Below, piece after piece: positions 50,567 through 57,781 of a DNA stretch of 64,000 nucleotides. The stretch spans positions 65,162 through 129,161 of the forward strand of contig CAYXCH010000021.1 of assembly GCA_964463705.1 (NCBI GenBank). The letters run 5' to 3'. A model generated the notes under the pieces. The model did no database searches. It saw only the letters and a list, made by a program, of their open reading frames with translations, and was not told the origin of the DNA. A program made the position numbers and the translations under genes. The stretch is from an uncultured Pseudobdellovibrionaceae bacterium. Lineage in GTDB: Bacteria > Patescibacteriota > Minisyncoccia > Moranbacterales > GCA-2747515. Each line of letters starts with the position of its first letter. The first letter of the stretch is position 1.

Positions 50567-50788
50567 TTATACACTGCGAACCGAGCGTGTACGGTGAGCG
50601 CGAGAAGCGGTACGACATGTACGGAATCCCGCGATGTGGTATAACGGACACCATCGCACCGTTGCCGTTGCGAGTACCGCCACACCGACAAATCCCCACC
50701 ATGCGCCACTCTTTACCGCCGCGGTAACAATCGCCAACCCCACCGCTACGCGAACCATGCGATCTATCGTTCCAATATTGCATTGCAT
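50567..50788 (-). CDS. DUF2892 (YgaP-like) small membrane protein
   Basis: MQCNIGTIDRMVRVAVGLAIVTAAV...WWGFVGVAVLATATVRWCPLYHIAGFRT matches the DUF2892 G..LL.TG..G.CP.Y pattern. Start at an internal Met of the longer ORF. Lies 12 nt upstream of the Calx-beta gene. Confidence 0.5.
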   Translation of the reverse strand: MQCNIGTIDRMVRVAVGLAIVTAAVKSGAWWGFVGVAVLATATVRWCPLYHIAGFRTCRTASRAHRTRSVRSV

Positions 50789-50811
50789 ATGTGTATAATT
50801 ATAGTTTTCTT

Positions 50812-50838
50812 CAGTATACCATAAAATATGGTATACTG
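50812..50838. promoter_or_regulatory. Perfect 11-bp inverted repeat CAGTATACCAT-(5 nt)-ATGGTATACTG carrying extended -10-like TGGTATACT on both strands
   Basis: Read directly from sequence. Located about 25 nt upstream of the DUF2892 start. The same TGGTATACT motif recurs at 53383-53391. Confidence 0.35.
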
Positions 50839-50980
50839 GTAATGAACCTTCAGAATCAGCTGATGAACACACCCGCTATCGGCGGGCTCATGGGACCCAC
50901 CTGGGTTTCCGGGGAAAGCGCTTATCACTTTTCCTACATGCGTATTATGGGACCCATATGCGGCTGTGCATTGAGGGTTC

Positions 50981-51007
50981 ACTTAAAACACCTCTCCGAG
51001 AGGTGTT
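50981..51007 (-). terminator. Intrinsic terminator immediately after corC stop (also terminator-like on plus strand)
   Basis: aaaacacctctccgagaggtgtttta, a 9-bp stem flanked by A/T runs. Confidence 0.5.
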
Positions 51008-52030
51008 TTATGATAAGCGTCGTTTTCGTGCCGCACGGGCACTGCGCGCATCTGTTTCGTCGTCAATTTCCCCCACAATTTCTTCCAATAAATCTTCCAT
51101 TGTCACAATACCGATAATTTCTTTTGGAGAGTTGGCGCGATGAACGGCATATAAATGCGCTCGCTCTCGTTTCATCGCACGAAAGACGCGATCAATGTTT
51201 CGATCTTCCGGCACTGAATGAAGCGGTACAACAAACTCCTTCACCGGACGGGAGCGTTCATCACTTTTCAATGCCCGCAACAATGCATTAACATGAATAT
51301 ATCCGACAATATTATCCTCATCTCCAACATAGACCGGATACCGTGAGTGCGCATCTTGACCGACAAAATATGCAATTTGCTCCACCGGCACCGTTCCATT
51401 GAGTGCCACCACCTTATATCGCGGTGTCATTACTTGACGAACAGGAATATTGTCAAAACGAAAAACATTCTCAATCATCTCGCGCTCCCGATAATCCATT
51501 TCCCCGTGTTCCACACTCATTCGCGCCATCATGCGTACTTCCGATTCCGTTACGCCGCGTGATGTGCCGCCGACCCGACGCTGCAACATCGCACTAAACG
51601 CTGTCAGTGCTCGTACCGCCGGAAACAGCACAATCCGCAATACCGCCAACACCGGTGCGGCAAATAACGCAATTCGCTCATTATTACTATACGCCAACGA
51701 CTTCGGAACAATCTCTCCACATACAAGAATAAACAACGTTGTTACTCCCGTTGCCGCCGCCAATGCCGCATCCCCAAACATTCGCGCCGCCACCACCGTC
51801 GCATACGATGCGGTAAAAATATTAACAATATTGTTTCCGATTAAAATTGTCGTCAATAATTCCTCCGGCGTACGTTTAAGCGACCATAGCAATCGGGCGC
51901 TGCGAGATGCCCCCGGTCGCTGCGCCGCCAATCGTGCTTGCGCATCCGGCAATGAAAAAAATGCCGTTTCCGCTCCCGAAAAAAACCCGGAAAGCGCAAT
52001 CAGAATCATAAAAATCACCACGTCTATCAT
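51008..52030 (-). CDS. HlyC/CorC family transporter (DUF21 membrane domain + CBS pair + CorC_HlyC)
   Basis: N-terminal 4-TM DUF21 (FFSGAETAFFSL), then a CBS pair and a C-terminal transporter-associated domain. Confidence 0.85.
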   Translation of the reverse strand: MIDVVIFMILIALSGFFSGAETAFFSLPDAQARLAAQRPGASRSARLLWSLKRTPEELLTTILIGNNIVNIFTASYATVVAARMFGDAALAAATGVTTLFILVCGEIVPKSLAYSNNERIALFAAPVLAVLRIVLFPAVRALTAFSAMLQRRVGGTSRGVTESEVRMMARMSVEHGEMDYREREMIENVFRFDNIPVRQVMTPRYKVVALNGTVPVEQIAYFVGQDAHSRYPVYVGDEDNIVGYIHVNALLRALKSDERSRPVKEFVVPLHSVPEDRNIDRVFRAMKRERAHLYAVHRANSPKEIIGIVTMEDLLEEIVGEIDDETDARSARAARKRRLS

Positions 52031-52050
52031 AGACCGTCAGTATACCATAT

Positions 52051-53307
52051 CTATCGACGCAACCAGAATGTAATTGCGGTGCCACGTCGTCCGGCACGTC
52101 CGGTACGTCCGATTCGGTGTACGTAATCATCATACAACAATGGCGGCATTGCGTTAATGACATGTGATACATCCGGAATATCCACCCCGCGCGCCGCCAC
52201 ATCCGTTGCAACCACTGCTGTGACTTCCCGATTGCGCAGCTTCTGAATCGCTCGCAATCGCGCCGCCCGCGTCATGTCACCGTGTAACGCCGCAACAGCA
52301 AATCCGCGCGCCTTCAACTCCGCATATAACTGTGCAGCATCTCGCTTGGTATTAACAAACACCAATGCCCGCGTTACCGCCGGATCAATCAATACATCAT
52401 GTAATTTCTCATGCATCTCCTCCTGAGAATGTACATATACCAATGATTGATCCACCGTTGCCGCCGTCGGACGCGGAGTAATGGCAACGGTAACGGGATT
52501 GTGCAGCAATGTCCGCACCCGGGATCGCATATCCTTTTTAAGGGTGGCGGAAAATGTTACCACCTGCCGACGCGCCGCCACTTGTGATAACAAAAAACGC
52601 ACCTCATGCAAAAAGCCCGCATCCGCCAACCGATCAATTTCATCAATCACCACCGTCCGGATAGCGCTGAAATCATAAGCATCCCGCTCCACCATATCAT
52701 GTAACCGACCCGGTGTGGCGATAATACACTGCGGCATGGTTTGCAAATCACGTAGTTGCCGATCTACATTCCCCCCGCCAACCACCGTTACACATCGCAA
52801 CGGCGTGTCTCCCGCCAGTGCCGTAAACATTTCCGCCACTTGCGCCGCCAATTCTCGTGTCGGAACGATAACGACAAACGGACGTGGACGAGACGATCGC
52901 ATACTGCGCGTCATTAACGGCAACAAATATGCCGCCGTCTTCCCCGTCCCGGTCTGTGAGAGCGCAATAACATCTCTTCCGTGCAATATCGGAGGAATTG
53001 CCGCCGCTTGAATTGCCGTCGGCGTAACAATTCCCACCGACTCTGCCGACGCAATCAATGTCCGATTAATTCCAAGTTGCGTAAACGATACCGTCGCCTC
53101 TTGCTGTGCAATCATGCGCGGATCGTGGGACTTCACACAATCTTCCGGCCGCAATACACCGTTCTTTTGTCGCTTCCGTCGTGTTGTATGCAAACGATTT
53201 TTCCGCCCAAAACTATTAACGGAACCTCCTCGCACCGCCTCATGCACTTTTTTCGCGTTCCGCGCACCCCAAATTTTCCCGGAAACGTTCCGAATACTCT
53301 TCCTCAT
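52051..53307 (-). CDS. DEAD-box ATP-dependent RNA helicase (motif II variant DEID)
   Basis: Q-motif region, GTGKTAAYLLP (motif I), TPGRL, VIDEIDRLADAGF (motif II variant), SAT, HRIGRTGRAGRRG (motif VI). Confidence 0.85.
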   Translation of the reverse strand: MRKSIRNVSGKIWGARNAKKVHEAVRGGSVNSFGRKNRLHTTRRKRQKNGVLRPEDCVKSHDPRMIAQQEATVSFTQLGINRTLIASAESVGIVTPTAIQAAAIPPILHGRDVIALSQTGTGKTAAYLLPLMTRSMRSSRPRPFVVIVPTRELAAQVAEMFTALAGDTPLRCVTVVGGGNVDRQLRDLQTMPQCIIATPGRLHDMVERDAYDFSAIRTVVIDEIDRLADAGFLHEVRFLLSQVAARRQVVTFSATLKKDMRSRVRTLLHNPVTVAITPRPTAATVDQSLVYVHSQEEMHEKLHDVLIDPAVTRALVFVNTKRDAAQLYAELKARGFAVAALHGDMTRAARLRAIQKLRNREVTAVVATDVAARGVDIPDVSHVINAMPPLLYDDYVHRIGRTGRAGRRGTAITFWLRR

Positions 53308-53382
53308 GTCTATCCATTAATTTTTATTATAATCGCACATATTATACTTACTGTCAAATTCTATTCACTGTTTATATCATTG

Positions 53383-53391
53383 TATGGTATA
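53383..53391 (+). promoter_or_regulatory. Extended -10 element TGGTATACT for the plus-strand repeat-protein gene, in an AT-rich divergent region
   Basis: Located about 50 nt upstream of ATG 53441. Same 9-mer as in the 50812-50838 palindrome. Confidence 0.3.
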
Positions 53392-53440
53392 CTGTATATG
53401 AGTACTCCGTACTCACCTTAAAAAAATAAACACTACTTCT

Positions 53441-54265
53441 ATGCGTACTCTCATTCGTACGCGCGTCATGGTTGCATTACTTTCCGTGATGTGTGCATTG
53501 ACAGCGGCCGGTACGGCGCACGCCGGCATTTCCGGCACCAATGCCAAACACGTGGATGTAACCGTCAAAACAAAACAAGGCGGTACATGGTTTACCGCGC
53601 GCGCAACGACGACTGATCAAGATGGCGTCGTAACGCTAAAGAATGCCCTTCCGGGTAAGTACCGGTTCTTTATTGACTCCGACGATCGCCGTGATAGTCA
53701 AACACTGGCGCTGCAAGTTCGTCTATTGGATGAGCGCGGACGACGCTTTACCGATCGCGCTGATGTTGCGGTCAGTGTCTATACGGAAGACGGAACGGAG
53801 GTTGTTGTCGGAACATATCGAACAGACCGTCACGGGTGGCTGGATCTCGTCGGTATTACGCACGGAACAACATATAAGTTGGACGTCAAAGATACCGCTC
53901 ATTTGAAAAAGAAAAAGAATAAACCGCGAGTTCGCGTCAAAGCAAAAATTGACGACAGCAAGTGGTTCCCCGCCGTATATAAACGGTTGCGCACCGATGG
54001 CACATTGCGAGTTCGTGATGTCCTTCCCGGCTCGTATAAGTTTTCATATAAACGCGGTGACGCGCAAGAAGACCAACCATTTACGCTTCACATGCGCTTA
54101 CGTACGGAAGACGGAAAAACCGCCAAACGAAAAAAGGTTACCGTTTATGCATATCCGTTTGGTATCAAGCGAAAGATTGGAACATTTAAGACAACACGGA
54201 CCGGCGATCTTGTCCTCCCGGGCGTACGCACCGGCATGAAGTATAAGATTCGTGTTAAGGACTAA
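53441..54265 (+). CDS. Secreted basic protein with four carboxypeptidase-regulatory-like (transthyretin-like beta-sandwich) repeats
   Basis: Signal peptide MRTLIRTRVMVALLSVMCALTAAGTAHA. Four repeats end in TDxxG...L...LPGxYKF (TTDQDGVVTLKNALPGKYRFFI, RTDRHGWLDLVGITHGTTYKLDV, RTDGTLRVRDVLPGSYKFSYK, TRTGDLVLPGVRTGMKYKIRVK). Confidence 0.5.
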   Translation: MRTLIRTRVMVALLSVMCALTAAGTAHAGISGTNAKHVDVTVKTKQGGTWFTARATTTDQDGVVTLKNALPGKYRFFIDSDDRRDSQTLALQVRLLDERGRRFTDRADVAVSVYTEDGTEVVVGTYRTDRHGWLDLVGITHGTTYKLDVKDTAHLKKKKNKPRVRVKAKIDDSKWFPAVYKRLRTDGTLRVRDVLPGSYKFSYKRGDAQEDQPFTLHMRLRTEDGKTAKRKKVTVYAYPFGIKRKIGTFKTTRTGDLVLPGVRTGMKYKIRVKD

Positions 54266-54287
54266 GAGAACTGAAATCGGATAGTAA

Positions 54288-54318
54288 AAACACCGCACTC
54301 ACAGCGGTGTTTTTATAT
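54288..54318. terminator. Bidirectional intrinsic terminator (ends plus-strand gene and minus-strand tRNA operon)
   Basis: aaaaacaccgcactcacagcggtgtttttat: a 6-bp stem caccgc/gcggtg with A-tract 5' and T-tract 3'. Confidence 0.55.
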
Positions 54319-54323
54319 TTATG

Positions 54324-54394
54324 CACGGGATGAGGGAGTTGAACCCCCACTGGCGGTTTTGGAGACCGCTGTTCTACCATTAAACTAATCCCGC
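54324..54394 (-). tRNA. tRNA-Trp (anticodon CCA)
   Basis: Reverse complement GCGGGATTAGTTTAATGGTAGAACAGCGGTCTCCAAAACCGCCAGTGGGGGTTCAACTCCCTCATCCCGTG. Anticodon loop CTCCAAA. Confidence 0.75.
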
Positions 54395-54405
54395 AGCAGT
54401 GGCTG

Positions 54406-54478
54406 AGCCAACACGCGGGATTGAACCGCGGACCTCATCCTTACCATGGATGCGCTCTACCGACTGAGCTATGTTGGC
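54406..54478 (-). tRNA. tRNA-Thr (anticodon GGT)
   Basis: Reverse complement GCCAACATAGCTCAGTCGGTAGAGCGCATCCATGGTAAGGATGAGGTCCGCGGTTCAATCCCGCGTGTTGGCT. Anticodon loop ATGGTAA. Confidence 0.75.
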
Positions 54479-54484
54479 AGGGTG

Positions 54485-54568
54485 TGGGCCGGGACGGATT
54501 CGAACCGCCGTAGACCAAAGGTCGTCAGATTTACAGTCTGATGCATTTGACCACTCTGCCACCGACCC
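54485..54568 (-). tRNA. tRNA-Tyr (anticodon GTA), type II long variable arm
   Basis: Reverse complement GGGTCGGTGGCAGAGTGGTCAAATGCATCAGACTGTAAATCTGACGACCTTTGGTCTACGGCGGTTCGAATCCGTCCCGGCCCA. Confidence 0.75.
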
Positions 54569-54596
54569 ATTTGTGGAGATGGTTCCATCTCCCATG

Positions 54597-54669
54597 AGCC
54601 ACCTGTCGGACTCGAACCGACGACCGACGGTTTACAAAACCGCTGCTCTACCAACTGAGCTAAGGTGGC
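54597..54669 (-). tRNA. tRNA-Thr (anticodon TGT)
   Basis: Reverse complement GCCACCTTAGCTCAGTTGGTAGAGCAGCGGTTTTGTAAACCGTCGGTCGTCGGTTCGAGTCCGACAGGTGGCT. The acceptor stem and D-arm are identical to tRNA-Thr(CGT) at 6169-6241. Confidence 0.75.
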
Positions 54670-54715
54670 AACATTGCCCATTGTAACAAACTTCGTCTTG
54701 ATATGCAACACCCCC

Positions 54716-55126
54716 TTAATCCGAGTCTTCGGATATAGACGTATCGGATGCGGCAATCAATTTCTTCAGCTTGTTTCGCTGCTCTACCGCCCGAAGATTT
54801 TTCGGATCCAGTACCATTACCTGATGAAAGCACTCTTCCGCATCATTGAGATTTCCTTGTACCATATAGAGTTGTCCAAGCAAATCGTATGCCTCAACAT
54901 CACGCGGATCTTCCGCAATTCGCTTGATAAGCACTTTCTCACGCTCCACGATCCCATGCGTATCATCCATCTTCCGCTGTGCTCGTTCCGCAAATGAATC
55001 TTCCGCCACCGGCGCATCATCAGCGGCACGATGTCGTGGACGCAAAAGCGCAATGGCAATCGCACCGCTGACAATGGCAATAAGAGGCGGAAGAACAATA
55101 TGGTACGGCGTAATGGGATCAAACAT
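54716..55126 (-). CDS. Membrane-anchored TPR-repeat protein
   Basis: N-terminal TM segment, then TPR-like EAYDLLGQLYMVQGNLNDAEECFHQVMVLDPKNLRA. Confidence 0.5.
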   Translation of the reverse strand: MFDPITPYHIVLPPLIAIVSGAIAIALLRPRHRAADDAPVAEDSFAERAQRKMDDTHGIVEREKVLIKRIAEDPRDVEAYDLLGQLYMVQGNLNDAEECFHQVMVLDPKNLRAVEQRNKLKKLIAASDTSISEDSD

Positions 55127-55141
55127 GGGAATACGAGCGCA

Positions 55142-55720
55142 TTAAAGAGCGTAGCGAATAAAGCGAGCAACGACAATCTTCTCACCGATCTTTGCTACCG
55201 CCGCGGTAATAACATCTTGAACCGTTCGCTCGGGATCCTTAACGAATGATTGACTGAGTAATGCATTCTCTTCACGAAACTTCTTCTCTTTTCCTTCCAA
55301 TATTTTCTCCATGATATCTTCACTTTTTCCCTCGGCGACAAGTTGTTCTTTCCAAATACTACGCTCTCGCTCTACCAGCTCATCTTCCACATCTTCCGGC
55401 GCGATAACGCGCGGATCACTTGCCACAACATGCATCGCCAAATCCTTTGCCAACGCTTGAAACTCCTCGTTTCGCGCAACAAAATCCGTCTCACACTGCA
55501 ACATCACCATTGCCGCCATTTTCCCATTGGCATGAACATAGACGCCAATATATCCCTCGGATGTCTCGCGATCCGCTTTTTTCAACGCTTTCGCTTGTCC
55601 ACGTTTACGCAAGATATCTCGCGCGGCATCCATATCGCCGCCCGCCTCTTCCAATGCCGTCTTTACATCCACAACTCCCGCACCGGTTTCTTCACGCAGT
55701 GTTTTAATATCTTCCAACAT
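55142..55720 (-). CDS. tsf: Elongation factor Ts (short form)
   Basis: LREETGAGVVDVKTALEEAGGDMDAARDILRKRG UBA-like N-terminus, then a dimerisation core. 192 aa. Confidence 0.85.
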   Translation of the reverse strand: MLEDIKTLREETGAGVVDVKTALEEAGGDMDAARDILRKRGQAKALKKADRETSEGYIGVYVHANGKMAAMVMLQCETDFVARNEEFQALAKDLAMHVVASDPRVIAPEDVEDELVERERSIWKEQLVAEGKSEDIMEKILEGKEKKFREENALLSQSFVKDPERTVQDVITAAVAKIGEKIVVARFIRYAL

Positions 55721-55731
55721 ATTTCTTCTCG

Positions 55732-56625
55732 TTATTTTTTATTACTCTTCGCATCAGATGATGCAGCACTCGCCGTCTTTGCCGTCCGCTTCGTCTTTTT
55801 CTTCGAAGCACCATCTTTTGAGCCGCGAGTCACAGACTTGGAATTCTTTGACGTTTTCGGCGGTGCCGCGACCACACCATCCAACGCCTTTAACAATAGA
55901 CCCAAAATTGTCTTTACTGATGAAATTGCATCATCATTTGCCGGAATCGGATAGTCTACCATTGAGACATCAATATTTGTGTCGGCAATCGCAACAACGG
56001 GAATTCCTTGCTTGCGCGCCTCATTCACCGCCAATGCGTCCGCTTTAACATCCAGTACCACTATTGCTCCCGGCAGTGTATCCATTTTTTTCAATCCGCC
56101 CATCTTACGATTGAGCTTCGCAATTTCCTCTCGCTTCCGCAACTGCTCCAACTTGGTGTACTTCAGGAATACTCCCTTTTCCATATCCTCCTCCATTTTC
56201 AGCAGCGCTTTCACGCGAGAGCGAATCTGCGGAAAGTTTGTAAACGTTCCCCCAATCCAGCGCTCAATCACATACGGCTCGTCAGCACGGTTCGCCGCAC
56301 TTTTAAGCAAGTCCAGCATCTGCTTCTTTGTCGTAACAAAGAGAATATGCTTTCCGCTTTTTCGTACAGACGTCAGAAACTCCGCCGCCGATCGAATACC
56401 GCGTTGCGTCTTTTCAAGATCAATAATCGTTACCCCGCCGCGAACGGTAAAAATGTACGGTATCATCCGCGGATGACGACGAGATTTCTGGTGTCCGAAA
56501 TGCGCTCCGGCCTTCAACAGCGCTTCCAAATCGTCCGTATATGACGATAGATCCGCCGTTGCGAAAAAATCCGTAATATCAACGGATTGCTGTGGCGATG
56601 GTGTCGCCGTGTGTTCATCACTCAT
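55732..56625 (-). CDS. rpsB: 30S ribosomal protein S2 with Lys/Ser/Ala-rich C-terminal tail
   Basis: LLKAGAHFGHQKSRRHPRMIPYIF...GGT S2 signature. The tail is SKNSKSVTRGSKDGASKKKTKRTAKTASAASSDAKSNKK. Confidence 0.9.
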   Translation of the reverse strand: MSDEHTATPSPQQSVDITDFFATADLSSYTDDLEALLKAGAHFGHQKSRRHPRMIPYIFTVRGGVTIIDLEKTQRGIRSAAEFLTSVRKSGKHILFVTTKKQMLDLLKSAANRADEPYVIERWIGGTFTNFPQIRSRVKALLKMEEDMEKGVFLKYTKLEQLRKREEIAKLNRKMGGLKKMDTLPGAIVVLDVKADALAVNEARKQGIPVVAIADTNIDVSMVDYPIPANDDAISSVKTILGLLLKALDGVVAAPPKTSKNSKSVTRGSKDGASKKKTKRTAKTASAASSDAKSNKK

Positions 56626-56749
56626 AGGAATGGTCCTTTATAACCACTGTATACGCGCAATGACGGTGCGCAATCGCACAGGACCGCATCGCACATTTGT
56701 TCATACAGTGAAAGATCTTACAATGAAAGTATAGACAACTTCCCCCCTC

Positions 56750-56778
56750 TTGTCAATTTATCTACGCCATGGTATAGT
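56750..56778 (+). promoter_or_regulatory. Sigma-70-like promoter for rpmE: -35 TTGTCA, 17-nt spacer, extended -10 TGgTATAGT
   Basis: ttgtca(56750-56755)-17 nt-tatagt(56773-56778) with a TG at -15/-14. Read directly from sequence. Confidence 0.45.
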
Positions 56779-56829
56779 GTGTACATCAGCGCAAAATTGC
56801 GCTTTTTTCACTGTAAATATTTCCCGATT

Positions 56830-57177
56830 ATGAAGAACGATATCCATCCGGAATCTCGCGCAGTTGTATTCCATGACTTGGCGAGTGACCACTACATCAT
56901 TGCGCGCAGCACCGTTGAAACGGATGAAACGGTGGACATTGACGGGACGACATACCCGATTGTTCATATTGAGGTATCCAGCGCTTCACATCCGTTCTAC
57001 ACAGGTAAACGCACGGTAGTAGACTCCACCGGTCGCGTAGATCGCTTTAAGCGATTGGCGAAGCGAGCGGAAGACGCGGCAAAGCGAGCATCTGCAAAAA
57101 AGGCATCCGACACAAAAGATTCATCGGATACTGTTGAAAAGAAGACACTGTCGGACCTTGCAGAAATTGCACAATAA
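56830..57177 (+). CDS. rpmE: 50S ribosomal protein L31 with Ala/Lys-rich C-terminal extension
   Basis: MKNDIHPESRAVVFHDLASDHYIIARSTVETDETVDIDGTTYPIVHIEVSSASHPFYTGKRTVVDSTGRVDRFKRL is the canonical L31 core. Start set at the internal ATG 56830 of the longer ORF. Confidence 0.8.
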   Translation: MKNDIHPESRAVVFHDLASDHYIIARSTVETDETVDIDGTTYPIVHIEVSSASHPFYTGKRTVVDSTGRVDRFKRLAKRAEDAAKRASAKKASDTKDSSDTVEKKTLSDLAEIAQ

Positions 57178-57179
57178 CA

Positions 57180-57207
57180 AAAACCGCCCCGGAGGGCGGT
57201 TTTTTTA
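57180..57207. terminator. Bidirectional intrinsic terminator between convergent rpmE and the rhodanese gene
   Basis: aaaaaccgccccggagggcggttttttt: GC-rich 7-bp stem with a 3' T-run on plus and an A-run giving a T-run on minus. Confidence 0.6.
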
Positions 57208-57741
57208 TTGTGTGCAACGTCGGTTCCATGGAGCATATCCAAGCAGCTTCATCATTAGGCAGTTGCCGCTAGCACCCCCGTAAAGTAATCCGCCACCCAC
57301 AAACCAAACGATAAAAACAAATGCCGGGTGAAGGGCGATACTCAGGAAGAGGCCCATAAGAATCAACGCACCCGCCACAATCATCACCTGACGAACTAAG
57401 GAAATCGGCGGACCCGCACCGTCACTCTTACACACTGTCGGCAACCCTTCCGCATGCCACTGTGCGATACCGCCCTGAACATTATAAACAGTCTTTACGC
57501 CGGCGTCTTCCAAGATTTTACATGCCATCGCGCTACGATTACCACTTGCACAATGCACATACACTTCACGATGTTTTTTGAGATCGTCTATATGCTCTCC
57601 CAACTCTTCCAATGGAATATTGACAACGCCGGGAATGCGTAAGTCCTTATGTTCTCCACCGGTACGAACATCAATACAAAGAATATCCGGTGATGGATGC
57701 TTGACCTTTTTATAAAACTCTTGAGGAGAAATTGTGTTCAT
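57205..57741 (-). CDS. Rhodanese (sulfurtransferase) domain fused to DUF2892 membrane domain (YgaP-like)
   Basis: Rhodanese core with catalytic Cys in YVHCASGNRSAMAC. C-terminal two-TM DUF2892 (…GGLLYGGASGNCLMMKLLGYAPW). Confidence 0.75.
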   Translation of the reverse strand: MNTISPQEFYKKVKHPSPDILCIDVRTGGEHKDLRIPGVVNIPLEELGEHIDDLKKHREVYVHCASGNRSAMACKILEDAGVKTVYNVQGGIAQWHAEGLPTVCKSDGAGPPISLVRQVMIVAGALILMGLFLSIALHPAFVFIVWFVGGGLLYGGASGNCLMMKLLGYAPWNRRCTQ

Positions 57742-57781
57742 AGTTTTATGATTATATATGTTTTCTTATAGTATATCACGT

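Noticed and set aside
50791-51117. 108-aa plus-strand ORF between the DUF2892 operon and corC
   Set aside because: It reads straight through the intrinsic terminator at 50981-51007 and into the antisense of the corC 3' end, and no RBS is visible. The region is more plausibly non-coding (see the sRNA/operator finding).
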